A DNA stretch of 64,000 nucleotides, taken from positions 2,816,001 to 2,880,000 of the forward strand of contig OZ001293.3 in the NCBI GenBank assembly GCA_963921275.4, given 5' to 3'. The notes under the pieces are model-generated. The model was not told where the DNA came from. It ran no database searches and worked only from the letters and a program-made list of their open reading frames with translations. Origin of the DNA: an uncultured Hormoscilla sp. Its GTDB lineage: Bacteria; Cyanobacteriota; Cyanobacteriia; Cyanobacteriales; Desertifilaceae. The translations under genes and the position numbers were made by a program. Positions 1 through 10,096 of the stretch are shown here, in pieces (the first letter of the stretch is position 1; each line of letters begins with the position of its first letter).

Positions 1-1
1 T

Positions 2-1303
2 AATCGAGGACGGGGTACGCTGAAAATGGCGACGGGAAGTGGGAAGACGATTACGGCACTGGCGATCGCCTCGGAATTATACCAAAAGATTGGCTTACAA
101 GGGTTAATTGTAGTCTGTCCCTACCGCCATCTTGTTTCTCAGTGGGCGCGAGAATGTGAGAAGTTTGGTTTAGAACCAATCTTAGCTTTTGAGAATGTTC
201 ATAATTGGCAGAGTCAACTCTCCATGCAGCTGTACAATCTCCATGGGGGCAATCATCCCTTTGTGACTGTTATCACTACTAATGCTACTTTAAGTAAAGA
301 CGGGTTGCAATCCCAGTTGAGCTATTTTCCCGAAAAAACTCTGATTATTGGGGATGAAGCCCATAACTTGGGATCGCCGAAATTAGAGGAGAGTTTACCT
401 TGTAACATCGGGTTGTGTCTGGCTTTGTCGGCTACGCCGGAAAGGCGTTACGATGAGTCTGGGACTGATGCGATATTAGATTATTTTGGTCCGGTTTTGC
501 CCCCAGAACTGACCTTGGCAGATGCAATAAATCAAGGGGCATTAGTCCGCTATCTTTATTATCCAGTTTTGGTGCCCCTCACGGATGATGAAGCCTACAG
601 CTATGCCCAGTTAACTACTAAGATCGGGTGGAATTTATCTAAATTGGATGGCAATCTTGCCTTAGAAATGGCATCAAATGATGAGTTGAAAGCTTTATTT
701 ATGCGACGGGCCCGGTTAATTGGCGCAGCGGCCAATAAGTTAGATGCCCTCAGGCAGGTGATGCGCGATCGCCTGCATACTACTCACACCTTATTTTACT
801 GCGGGGATGGTGGGACCGAAAGCTCTATGTCGCGGCGCAGCAGTCGCCAACTCACAGCTGTAGCGCGAATTTTGGGAGGAGAATTGGGCTATCGGGTAAA
901 TACTTACACGGCCTCAACACCCTTAGCAGAGAGAGAAAAGTTGCGCCAACAATTTGAAAGCGGGGAGTTGCAAGGTTTAATTGCTATTCGCTGTTTAGAC
1001 GAAGGAGTAGACATTCCCGCCATTAGAAATGCGATCATTCTGGCCAGCAGCAGCAACCCGCGCCAGTTCATTCAGCGGCGGGGACGAGTTTTGCGCCCGC
1101 ACCCTGGTAAGGAACGGGCGACTCTATTTGATATGATTGTGAGGCCGCCAGAGCTGGACCGCAAGACCTGGGATGTAGAACGTAACCTGCTGCACAAGGA
1201 ATTGCGCAGGTTTGTGGAATTTGCCGATTTGGCAGATAATGCAGAGGAGGCGAGAGCAAAATTGCTCGCACTTCAGAACAAATATGAATTGTTTGATGTT
1301 TGA
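2..1303 (+). CDS. SF2 DExH-box helicase/restriction-type ATPase, resembling the DNA phosphorothioation-associated restriction enzyme family; 5' end lies outside the window
   Basis: Frame open from base 2 (NRGRGTLKMATGSGKT). Walker A ATGSGKT, DEAH, SAT, LDEGVDIP and QRRGRVLR helicase motifs. Confidence 0.8.
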   Translation, partial: NRGRGTLKMATGSGKTITALAIASELYQKIGLQGLIVVCPYRHLVSQWARECEKFGLEPILAFENVHNWQSQLSMQLYNLHGGNHPFVTVITTNATLSKDGLQSQLSYFPEKTLIIGDEAHNLGSPKLEESLPCNIGLCLALSATPERRYDESGTDAILDYFGPVLPPELTLADAINQGALVRYLYYPVLVPLTDDEAYSYAQLTTKIGWNLSKLDGNLALEMASNDELKALFMRRARLIGAAANKLDALRQVMRDRLHTTHTLFYCGDGGTESSMSRRSSRQLTAVARILGGELGYRVNTYTASTPLAEREKLRQQFESGELQGLIAIRCLDEGVDIPAIRNAIILASSSNPRQFIQRRGRVLRPHPGKERATLFDMIVRPPELDRKTWDVERNLLHKELRRFVEFADLADNAEEARAKLLALQNKYELFDV

Positions 1304-1316
1304 TGTCCGTTTTCAT

Positions 1317-1510
1317 CTCGTTCCCAGGTTCTACCTGGGAATGCTCTCGGGAGGCTCTGCCTCCAGTCCCAGCAGTAGGAGGCTCTGCCTCTGCTCATCT
1401 CGTTCCCAGGTTCTACCTGGGAATGCTCTCGGGAGGCTCTGCCTCCAGTCCCAGCAGTAGGAGGCAGAGCCTCCTACTGCTGGCATTCCTTGACAGAGCT
1501 AGGGAACGAG
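1317..1510. repeat. REP-like palindromic dispersed repeat with an internal 82-bp tandem duplication
   Basis: Ends CTCGTTCCC...GGGAACGAG; internal hairpins GTTCCCAGG-CCTGGGAA and GAGGCTCTGCCTC; unit repeats at 1314 and 1396. Relatives near 19893, 20985, 23451, 25312 and 61187. Confidence 0.75.
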
Positions 1511-1539
1511 GAAAAATCTTAAATCCAAAATGGTATGAT

Positions 1540-1791
1540 ATGGAGAGGACATTTGACTATTCAGAGGGTTTTCCAGAAGTTGTTATCTCAACTGTTTTAG
1601 CTGAAAATCGTTCGGACTATAATCAAAATGCGGGTCTCAAGGAGGTGCAAGAGCCAATCGTTAGTGCTGTGCCGGAAGTCCGCAAAATTATTGAGCGGGT
1701 CTTGGAGCTGGAAAAAGATAAGCTCTATATGAAGGTTCCCAAATATATTAATGATGATATCCTGCAAATTGTTAAGGAAGAAGTGCAATGA
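1540..1791 (+). CDS. Small hypothetical protein coupled to the SMC-like ATPase
   Basis: ATG at 1540 (MERTFDY...), downstream of the repeat; its stop overlaps the next start (ATGA, 1788-1791). Confidence 0.65.
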   Translation: MERTFDYSEGFPEVVISTVLAENRSDYNQNAGLKEVQEPIVSAVPEVRKIIERVLELEKDKLYMKVPKYINDDILQIVKEEVQ

Positions 1792-3854
1792 GGTTGAGGT
1801 CGATTATACTCTGTAACTTTCGTCAGTTTTATGGCAAGACTGAAGAAATTTTTTTGGCTAGCGGTGCTACGAATATTACGATCATTCACGGCAATAACGG
1901 GGCGGGGAAGACCACCCTGCTGAATGCTTTTACCTGGGCCTTGTACGAGAAGTTCAGTGCGGCTTTTACTTCTCCCCAGCAACTGGTGAACAAACGGGCC
2001 CTGCATGAAATTAAATCAGGTAAACAGGTTGAATGCTTGGTGGAAGTTGCCTTTTATCATGATAGCAGGCGCTATCGGGTCAAGCGCATCTGTCGCGCCT
2101 ATAAGAAAATGAATGGCATTGAATACAGTCCGACAGAGTTGTCGATGTGGGTGGCCGGAGATGACGGACGCTGGATGCCTACTCATCAAAACCCGGAGGA
2201 TATTATCGGACGCATTTTACCCCCCAGTTTACATCAGTATTTCTTTTTTGATGGAGAGCGCATAGAGCATATTTTTCGGGATAATCGGAAAACGGAAATT
2301 GCTGATGCTACTAAGGAGTTACTGGGTGTAGAGGTGTTTGATCGGGCCCTCAGGCACCTGAAGGCTGCTAGCAAAAGCTTGGAAGAAGAATTAGGAAACC
2401 TCGGGGATCCGCAAACCCAAAAGCTGCTGCAAGATAAGCTGAAATTAGAAGAACAGGGCGATCGCATCAGCAAGCGGCAATTGGAAATTGCTCAGGAGTT
2501 AGAAAAGCACCAGGAATTAAAAAGAACCATTAACAGTCGGTTACTGGAGCTAAGTGGTGCGAAGGAGTTACAAGACCGGCGTGCTAGCCTAGAAGCACAA
2601 GAAAAGCATCTCCGCGAACAGTTGAAACAGGCGAAAGTAGGGATCAAAAGAGCGATTAATACTAAAGAATACAGCTTTTTGCTATCAGAGGCAACGGCGG
2701 AATTTAGAACAATAGTCGAGCAACTGCGGCAGAAAGGAGAGTTACCGACGGGAATTACGCAACAATTTGTCCGGGAGTTACTCAAACAGCAGCGCTGCAT
2801 CTGCGGTGGGGACTTAAAAGAAGGCACCCATGGCTTCGATACGATCCAATCATGGATAGAGAAAGCGGGAATTGCCGATGTAGAAGAAACAGCCATTCGC
2901 ATGAGCGCCCAAATAGAAGAAATTGACAAGCAGGCTCCCGAATTTTGGCGAGAAGTGGACAGACAGCAAGGGAATGTCAAGCAATGGCGGGCGGAACTTT
3001 CGCGAGTGGAGACGGAGATGGACAATTTGAAGAACAAGCTGAGAACGAACCCCAATGAGAATATTCAGCAGTTGCAACAGCGCTTGGATGAAATTGAAGC
3101 CAAAATCAGTCAATTGCAAAGAGAAACGGGAGCCAACCACCATAAGCTAGATAAGATTAAAGCGGACATTGAGGTCAAGGTCAAGCAGATGGCCAAGCAG
3201 CAAACGAATGAGCAGAAGCAAGCTTTAGCCCAGCGACGGGTGGAAGCGACGGTGGACGCGATGAAGCGGATCTCGGAAGTTAAGAATCGTCTAGATAAAC
3301 AGTTTCGCTGGCAATTGGAACAGCGGGTGCAAGAGATATTCAGTCAAATTTCCTTTACTCCCTACATTCCCAAGCTGTCTGAAAAATACGAACTGACCCT
3401 GGTGGAGAATACAACTAAGTTAGAAGTACCCGTGGCCGCCTCTACGGGAGAAAACCAGATTCTCAGCTTGTCATTTATTGGCGGGATTATCGATCGGGTG
3501 CGGGAGTGGAGTAAAAGCAAGATGCACATGGGACCCGATAGTAGCACATTTCCGATGGTCATGGATTCGCCCTTTGGCAGTTTGGATGAAATCTATCGCC
3601 GCCAGGTAGCTTCATCTCTGCCCCAATTAGCAAATCAGCTAGTAGTTTTAGTCACGAAAACCCAGTGGCGGGTGGAGGTCGAAGAAGAAATGACTCCTAG
3701 AATTGGCCGGGAGTACCTGTTGGTATATAATTCGCCGAAACCAGATTGTGAGGAAGATAGCATCCAGTTAGGGGGAGTGAGTTATCCTTTAGTCAGACGC
3801 AGTCCGAACGAGTTTGAATATACTGAGATCGTCGAGGTAGAACGTCATGGTTAG
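1788..3854 (+). CDS. SMC/Rad50-like coiled-coil ABC ATPase (DndD-like)
   Basis: Walker A GNNGAGKTT, FFFDGE, central CICG zinc-hook, signature ASTGE, Walker B/D-loop VMDSPFGSLD, long coiled coils. Confidence 0.85.
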   Translation: MRLRSIILCNFRQFYGKTEEIFLASGATNITIIHGNNGAGKTTLLNAFTWALYEKFSAAFTSPQQLVNKRALHEIKSGKQVECLVEVAFYHDSRRYRVKRICRAYKKMNGIEYSPTELSMWVAGDDGRWMPTHQNPEDIIGRILPPSLHQYFFFDGERIEHIFRDNRKTEIADATKELLGVEVFDRALRHLKAASKSLEEELGNLGDPQTQKLLQDKLKLEEQGDRISKRQLEIAQELEKHQELKRTINSRLLELSGAKELQDRRASLEAQEKHLREQLKQAKVGIKRAINTKEYSFLLSEATAEFRTIVEQLRQKGELPTGITQQFVRELLKQQRCICGGDLKEGTHGFDTIQSWIEKAGIADVEETAIRMSAQIEEIDKQAPEFWREVDRQQGNVKQWRAELSRVETEMDNLKNKLRTNPNENIQQLQQRLDEIEAKISQLQRETGANHHKLDKIKADIEVKVKQMAKQQTNEQKQALAQRRVEATVDAMKRISEVKNRLDKQFRWQLEQRVQEIFSQISFTPYIPKLSEKYELTLVENTTKLEVPVAASTGENQILSLSFIGGIIDRVREWSKSKMHMGPDSSTFPMVMDSPFGSLDEIYRRQVASSLPQLANQLVVLVTKTQWRVEVEEEMTPRIGREYLLVYNSPKPDCEEDSIQLGGVSYPLVRRSPNEFEYTEIVEVERHG

Positions 3855-3979
3855 TGCATATAGGTGCAAAATCATGAAGTGATCGTGGGATAACTTTATA
3901 TGTAGTTAGTTATAGTAGGGTGGGCATTGCCCACCTGACTAGTATAAGATAGGAATCATGCAAGTAATCGGAGTCCGTG

Positions 3980-4175
3980 ATGAGTAACTCTGTATCTTGA
4001 CAAAAGGCGATAGAGTATGTGGAAGCGCTTTGGATAGAAGACGAAAGGGAAATTGCCAATAAGGCAGGATGGTGACGCTAGCAGCAATTCAAGCAGGTAC
4101 GGCAAAGCGGGGTACTCTAGATCAATTTCTAGCTGATTTACTTGGATGTTGAATGAGAACTAAGCAATTCAAAAT
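3980..4175 (+). pseudogene. Degraded small antitoxin-like gene remnant
   Basis: Broken frames resembling cyanobacterial antitoxins (MSNSVS*QKAIEYVEAL...TLAAIQAGTAKRGTLDQFLADL). Confidence 0.35.
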
Positions 4176-4320
4176 TCTTTCTTTCTCATTTAAAATTGGG
4201 AAAGTATTTGGGAACAAGGAGCGAGCGATGTCTCCTGGGTAGTACGAATAGTGCTCCCAGGAGACATCGAAGCGGATCGGCCTATGCAATTTAAATGCAC
4301 GACAATTGAGGTAGAAGGTC

Positions 4321-5285
4321 ATGGTTAGTGCAGAATTGACTGTGGAACATGTGGTGACGGATACTTGGGTGCAGGCTAGCTGGGAATAATTTATGGCGCT
4401 AGCTGATAATCCAGCTTATAATAAGGGGAGGTTCTATTACGATCAGGGTGACATGAGAATTGAAATGTCACCAGTAGGCTATAGTCATGGTCAGGATAAT
4501 GGGGTAGTATACTATATATTGCTCCTTTATGCAACGATCGAGAATATCCGGATTAAAGGAGTGGTAAACACCAGTTTGAAAAGAAATGTAAGTTTCCTTA
4601 CACCGACATGGACAAATACCTATGGGAGCTGCTATGGCAATGGGCAAAAAGAAGGCATCCCAACAAAACGGGCAAATGGATTGCCAGTAAATATTGGGCC
4701 ATAACCGGGAAAGACCGGTGGAGGTTCACGGGCAAATCAAAAGAAAATGGAGAAATAAAGCTAAACCGGCACTCTGAAACTGAGATAATCAGACACACAA
4801 AGGTAAAAGGGACAGCTAGCCCGTTTGACGGTAACCTAGTCTACTGGAGCCAGAGATTAAGAAAGAGCCCGGACGTAAGCACGAGAGTGATTAACCTACT
4901 CAAGAGGCAGGAGGGCAAGTGCCAGCATTGCGGACTAACGTTTAAGAACGGCGACAAATGGGAAGTGGACCACATTCTGCCAACCTCACTGGGAGGAAAG
5001 GACTGGTACTCCAACCTACAGTTGCTACACGATTACTGCCATGATTATAAGTCTGCCAGGGATGGCAGCAAAGGCCGTATCCATGACAAGGATGACGAAA
5101 CTGAGGAGCCGGATGAGGTGAAAGTCTCACGTCCGGTTTTGAAGACGAGTCGGTACGGTGACGTACTGGCTTAGTTTAATAACTTTGAACCGCCTGCTTT
5201 GGTGGTGGAAAATGCAGCATCTTCTCTTAGGGATGATTTGGGACGGAAGCGGTTACTATAGGAAGGGTTGGGAATGCAAGAATAT
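4321..5285 (+). pseudogene. Uma2-family endonuclease pseudogene interrupted by a group II intron remnant
   Basis: MVSAELT...ASWE*FMALAD...RIEMSPVGYSHGQDN at the 5' end; resumes after 5180 as NFEPPALVVE...DDLGRKRLL*EGLGMQEY. Confidence 0.75.
4590..5180 (+). mobile_element. 3' remnant of a group II intron (maturase X C-terminus + HNH endonuclease, RNA domains V and VI)
   Basis: ORF 4608-5174 with WAKRRHPNK and CQHC...DHILP...NLQLLH. Domain V GAGCCGGATGAGGTGAAAGTCTCACGTCCGGTT at 5106; domain VI ends TTTAAT at 5180. RT domain absent. Confidence 0.9.
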
Positions 5286-6215
5286 CCCAAGGTGATCGGG
5301 GGCTACCACATAGCGGAAAAACTAGGAGTACCGGGATATTTATGCCTACTATTTCCCTGCTACGTCCCCACCGCCGCCTTTGCTAACCCCATCTTTCCGG
5401 ACTGGAAACTAGGAGGTTGGTACAACAAACTGACATACAAAATCGTTCCCTGGATGAGTTTTACCTATCGGGATTTAGTGAATAGCTGGCGGTCCGAAAG
5501 CTTGCAGTTACCGCCGACTCGATATCCAGTAGGTAACTTGGTAAAAACTAACGGAAAACCGGTTCCAGTTATGCATTGTTACAGTCCCCTGGTTGTGCCA
5601 AGGCCCGATGACTGGGGGGAAGGGGCGATCGCGACCGGATACTGGTTTCTGGAACCGCCAGCGGATTGGCAACCCCCAGAGGAACTGATAGAATTTCTAG
5701 CAGGGGGAGAGGCTCCAGTTTACGTAGGATTTGGTAGTATGGCGGGGCGAGACACGCAAAAATCAACCAAACTTGTCTTAGAAGCCTTGGCAAAGTGCGG
5801 TCAGCGGGGGATAATAGCCAAAGGTTGGGGAGGTTTGGAGGCGTATGAACTGCCAAAAAACATCATTCAGGTAGAAGCAGTGCCCCATAGCTGGTTATTT
5901 CCCCAAGTAGCAGCGGTAGTGCATCACGGAGGCGCGGGAACCACAGCAGCGGGGTTGCGTGCGGGTAAACCGACAGTTATTTGTCCGTTCTTTGGGGATC
6001 AACCCTTTTGGGGGAAGCGCATTTATGAGTTAAAAGTCGGTGCTAAACCTATTCGGCAGAAAGTATTGACAGCGGACAAGTTAGCAGCTGCTATTAATGA
6101 AGTTATCAGTGATGAATTAATGGGCAAGAGGGCGCGGGCCCTGGGCGAGAAAATTAAAGCAGAGGATGGAGTGGGGCGGGCCGTTGATTTTATTGAGAGA
6201 CAGAGTCATTCGTAG
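5283..6215 (+). pseudogene. GT1 glycosyltransferase (sterol 3-beta-glucosyltransferase-like), N-terminally truncated
   Basis: VYVGFGSM, HHGGAGTTAAGLRAGKP and PFFGDQPFWG motifs. The N-terminal region is missing, and the first ORF residues (GMQEY) belong to the Uma2 tail. Confidence 0.75.
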
Positions 6216-6232
6216 TGTATTAAGAAACCAGG

Positions 6233-6345
6233 GGCGTTGCACAATCACGGGATGATGGGCATAGTTGCAGCACTTTTAAACTTAGAGTACAAGCAATTTT
6301 CTGTTATGTGCAAAAAAGGGCATTATCCCCAAAATGTGCAACGCC
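6233..6345. mobile_element. 113-bp MITE, family A, copy 1
   Basis: TIR GGCGTTGCACA...TGTGCAACGCC; 8-bp TSD AAACCAGG. Confidence 0.9.
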
Positions 6346-6925
6346 AAACCAGGTTTTTTGTCAAAACCTGGTTTCTGGGCTACCGCTGAATATACCCGCC
6401 GCACAATTGAGATGCATCGGGTTTACTCCGGGAAGTATACTTTGAAAGGGATTGCGCTGCGCGCACCGACAGGCTACCGGTCCTACGCGAACGACTTGCG
6501 CTTAAAGCATTATTGGTGTCATTGCGAGGGGGGGATCTGGCAGCAGTAACGAAGGTTCGCACTATCAGACCCCCCCGTAGCGCTACGCGCACTTCGTAAA
6601 AGCGCAGCGGCGCGACTCAGGAGCGCTAACGGGGGGGACGTTACTCAAAAAGCACAAGGATATCTCAATTACCCCCCCTCGCTTAGACAATTCTTTACTG
6701 CCTTCATATGCGCAGTTTATGACCGTTCAGAGTATAGTTACGCTTTAGCGCCTTCACGCAACAACAAACAACCACCTGACTAGGACATCGGTCAAGTATT
6801 GTCAGAAACCGGGTTTCTGCCGTAGTTATTAACGAGGTAGTGGGTCATAAGTAGTGATTTTAGTGCCTGAAACCCAGGGCTCCCCGTAGTGGGATCACTA
6901 CATCTTGACCACTATCGGTATATAA

Positions 6926-7300
6926 GGTAGTGATAAATATGTAGTGATGAAATTACATACCTCTATGGAAATCTTTACCTCCTGTTTATCGACAATGTGC
7001 GGGCGGTGTCTCCTGAGTAGTGCGACTAGCGATCTCAGGAGACACCGTTTGTTATACAGATTTATGGGAAGCATATAACAATGTAATTCCCAAAAAACGT
7101 CATGGTAGGTAAAGAAAGCGGAAAAACTAATCATATTGAAAGGTTAAATAACACAGCAAAGAATTAGTCGATTGGTTCGTCAAACATTATCATTTTCAAA
7201 GAAGACCGAAAATCCCATCGGAGCGATTTAGTATTTTGTGCATGATTACAATAAATGTCTATCGGGATAGATGGTACATCACTACATGTTTATCACCACC
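6926..7300 (+). mobile_element. Internally deleted IS1-family element
   Basis: TIR GGTAGTGATAAATATGTAGTGATG / CATCACTACATGTTTATCACCACC; InsB remnants (TDLWEAY, TNHIERLNNT, RLVRQTLSFSKK). A further IS1-like end lies at about 6893-6916. Confidence 0.8.
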
Positions 7301-7581
7301 TACAGTTTTTGGGAAAAGCCTGGTGAATTGGCCACCTAAAAAAAGTATAATAGGTAATGTGATCGACAATTGGCAACTGATAACAGACAGGCGATCTGGG
7401 CCCGTATAGGAGAAGGCAGGCAAACCCTGCTGGCGGTGGCAGGGCAGATCCCCTGGGCCGGGAACCCTGGCAAGGGAGAACCCAAGACTGGGCAATAAGG
7501 TGATATGATGATTTAACTGATAACTGACGGGCAGGCGATCCGCCCGCCCTACGCATCCGACAAGATAGAGAGAAGAAAACC

Positions 7582-8220
7582 TTGGGTATAGAACTGCGCA
7601 GTTACGTATTAATCGACAGCTTACAGCCTCAGCACGCGGCTTACATGGGAACGGTGGCGATCGGGTTTTTACCCTTGCCGGGAGATACGTCCCTGTGGGT
7701 GGAAATTTCACCGGGGATTGAAATTAACCGGATTACGGATGTGGCGCTGAAATCAACTTCTGTCCGTCCGGGGGTGCTGTTTGTAGAAAGACTTTATGGT
7801 TTGCTAGAAGTGCATTCCATCCGCCAGAGTGATACGCGCACTGCTGGCAAGGCAATTCTTTCGGCCCTGGGAGTGCGGGAGTCCGATCGACTCAAACCGC
7901 GCGTGATTTCTAGCCAAATTATCCGCAACATTGATGCGCACCAAACCCAACTGATTAATCGTAACCGGCGGGGACAGATGCTGCTAGCAGGGCAAACTCT
8001 GTACGTGTTAGAAGTGCAGCCTGCTGCTTATGCGGCCTTGGCGGCGAACGAGGCCGAAAAAGCAGCCTCGATTAATATACTTCAGGTGCAGGCCGTGGGT
8101 AGCTTCGGACGCCTCTACCTGGGGGGAGAAGAACGGGATATTATCGCAGGTTCTCGTGCAGCCCTGGAGGCGATGGAAAGCATTTATGGCCGCGTTCCAA
8201 CCAGCGATCGCAAGGAATAA
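7582..8220 (+). CDS. ccmP: Carboxysome shell tandem BMC-domain protein CcmP
   Basis: [23 protein letters not shown]...[11 protein letters not shown]...[13 protein letters not shown]; 212 aa tandem BMC. Confidence 0.9.
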   Translation: MGIELRSYVLIDSLQPQHAAYMGTVAIGFLPLPGDTSLWVEISPGIEINRITDVALKSTSVRPGVLFVERLYGLLEVHSIRQSDTRTAGKAILSALGVRESDRLKPRVISSQIIRNIDAHQTQLINRNRRGQMLLAGQTLYVLEVQPAAYAALAANEAEKAASINILQVQAVGSFGRLYLGGEERDIIAGSRAALEAMESIYGRVPTSDRKE

Positions 8221-8334
8221 AGCACCATTTTGATTGTTCTGATTGGTTCGCTTTGCAAAGCTTAAATTGTGGTAGCGCCTTCATTTACAACCCCTATCCA
8301 AAGGAGGATCTGCCAGGGAACACGCTGCGCTATT

Positions 8335-9720
8335 AGCTACTCTGCGAGAATGTTGAACCTCTGACGATAGTTGGAAAATTTGTCGTTCACCACCTTAGCA
8401 TCGAGTCCAAACTGCTCCAGGGAGTATCGATGAATGCCATGTTTGTGCTGTTGATTGGAGCTGAGCCATCCCTTGATGTTTTCTTCCATAGTCAGAGTAA
8501 AGTCGTAGCCAAAATACTCGTATATTTGACGTACAGTCGCGATCGGGTCTTGCAGGAGGTCGCTGTATTAGACATCGTAGAATTGGCCTCGATCTGCGGT
8601 CTCTCTTACTTTCATTCCATGCTCCATTCCATTCGCCAATATATTGAGGCACTCCTCGCCTAAGGCTTTGAGATCCACATGATTAGTAAAGAATCCGCGA
8701 CCTAAAGCGAAGAAACTGCAAATAGATGGCAGCATCTTTAGCGGATCGCGGTGTGTTTGAATGATACGAGTATCTGGGAAAACTGTCATTAGAGCATTCA
8801 GACTGTATAGGTGTGTGGGTGCTTTGAGAAGCCAGCGATCGCGCCTTACGCGCCACCCTAAGAGTTGGAGTTGCTGCCGAGAGTATCGGTAGGAAGCAAT
8901 CATATCCTGCTTCTCCAGCCAATCCCCATAGGACGGCAAGTTAGCTTCAATCATAAACCAGTAGCTAGCAAACCCATGGGCCAATAGCCTCTCGCATTCT
9001 TCTGGTCCTGTGGGATTGAACGTATGGGCAACAGCCCGCTTGGTCTTGCCGTTGACCCATTTGACATACTGTTGTGTTGCTCGGATCCGGGGGTCGTTTT
9101 CACAGGTTTGAGAGTCTGGCGGAGGCGAAGGACTCATGACTTCCCATAGGTGTAGCCACCGACAAGTCGGATCTTGAGACAAAAGGTTATGAAGTAATGT
9201 GGAGCCAGTTCTGGGTAATCCTAGGATAAACAGCGGTTAGATAATCGGCACCTCTAGAGCGTCGGTCCAGTAGAGGGGGTTGACAAAAAAAGAAAATGTG
9301 TATATGCCCGCTCGCCCGTTCAGTAGAACAGATTTTGGATAAAATCATGATGTCCAGAGGGAGTGAAGGCCAGATATAAATACGAGAATATACTTATTTT
9401 TCGGACATACACAGTAGTTGAAATTTGTCAAGTATTATTAATGGACCGACGCTCTAGGATTTCGGGGTAGCGTTTGAAATCGGACTGCATCCGCGATTTA
9501 CCAACAGGCGAATGCAGGTCTTTCGCATCTGCGATCGACCAAAAAAGCTCAAAGAAGCTTCTCGATCCCGGGATGCGATCAATATGCGCAGGGGTATTCA
9601 AAATTCTTCATCTCCCCAGTCAGACAAATTGGTTTGGCGTTGTGCCGCCGACAAAAGCGACTCTTCTGTCAGGGTCGCCAAGGGCAGGCCAATTCTGCTC
9701 AGGCTAATTCCGGCCCAGTC
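8335..9720 (-). pseudogene. Sulfotransferase pseudogene (stops, frameshifts, MITE insertion)
   Basis: PLFILGLPRTGSTLLHNLL (PAPS-binding), WLLKAPTH and IIQTHRDP motifs. The N-terminal part (LSDWGDEEF...RYPEI) lies beyond the insertion. Confidence 0.8.
9254..9457. mobile_element. ~200-bp MITE (family C) inside the sulfotransferase
   Basis: CTAGAGCGTCGGTCCA...TGGACCGACGCTCTAG inverted ends; removing it with one CTAG restores RYPEILEVPII. Confidence 0.8.
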
Positions 9721-10096
9721 GAGTAAGCGATACCATAAAGAGCGATGCTGCTACGCAGCCGCTACGCGAACGGACTGCTCAAAAGTGGATAGTGAATTTG
9801 TTATATCGGCCATCAGTTTTGCTTCCCTTTTGCTTCCATCTGCCCCTGCTGCTGCGCTGCCCCACGGTAGATATTGATTTCTACTCCGTTGTTCGTAGCA
9901 TCCGCTAGCTTTGCCAACGCCTGCGATTGCGCAGCACGCTTGCGCGATTGCATCTCGTGGGCATCGAGGCGATCTGGTTCTACCTCCAGGATAACATCAT
10001 TTAACTACTGAAAATATTTTTAATCTGGTGGGAGCATGTCAACTTTTATCGTGAGTAATTGCTGATATCCCAACCTGTCAACTCCACCTACACTTG

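Noticed and set aside
1300..1539. N-terminal extension of the 163-aa ORF and overlapping ORF 1212-1460
   Set aside because: These are translations of a palindromic repeat; the real start is probably 1540.
4608..5174. Stand-alone HNH nuclease or active retroelement
   Set aside because: It is the C-terminal remnant of a group II intron-encoded protein; the RT and 5' RNA domains are missing.
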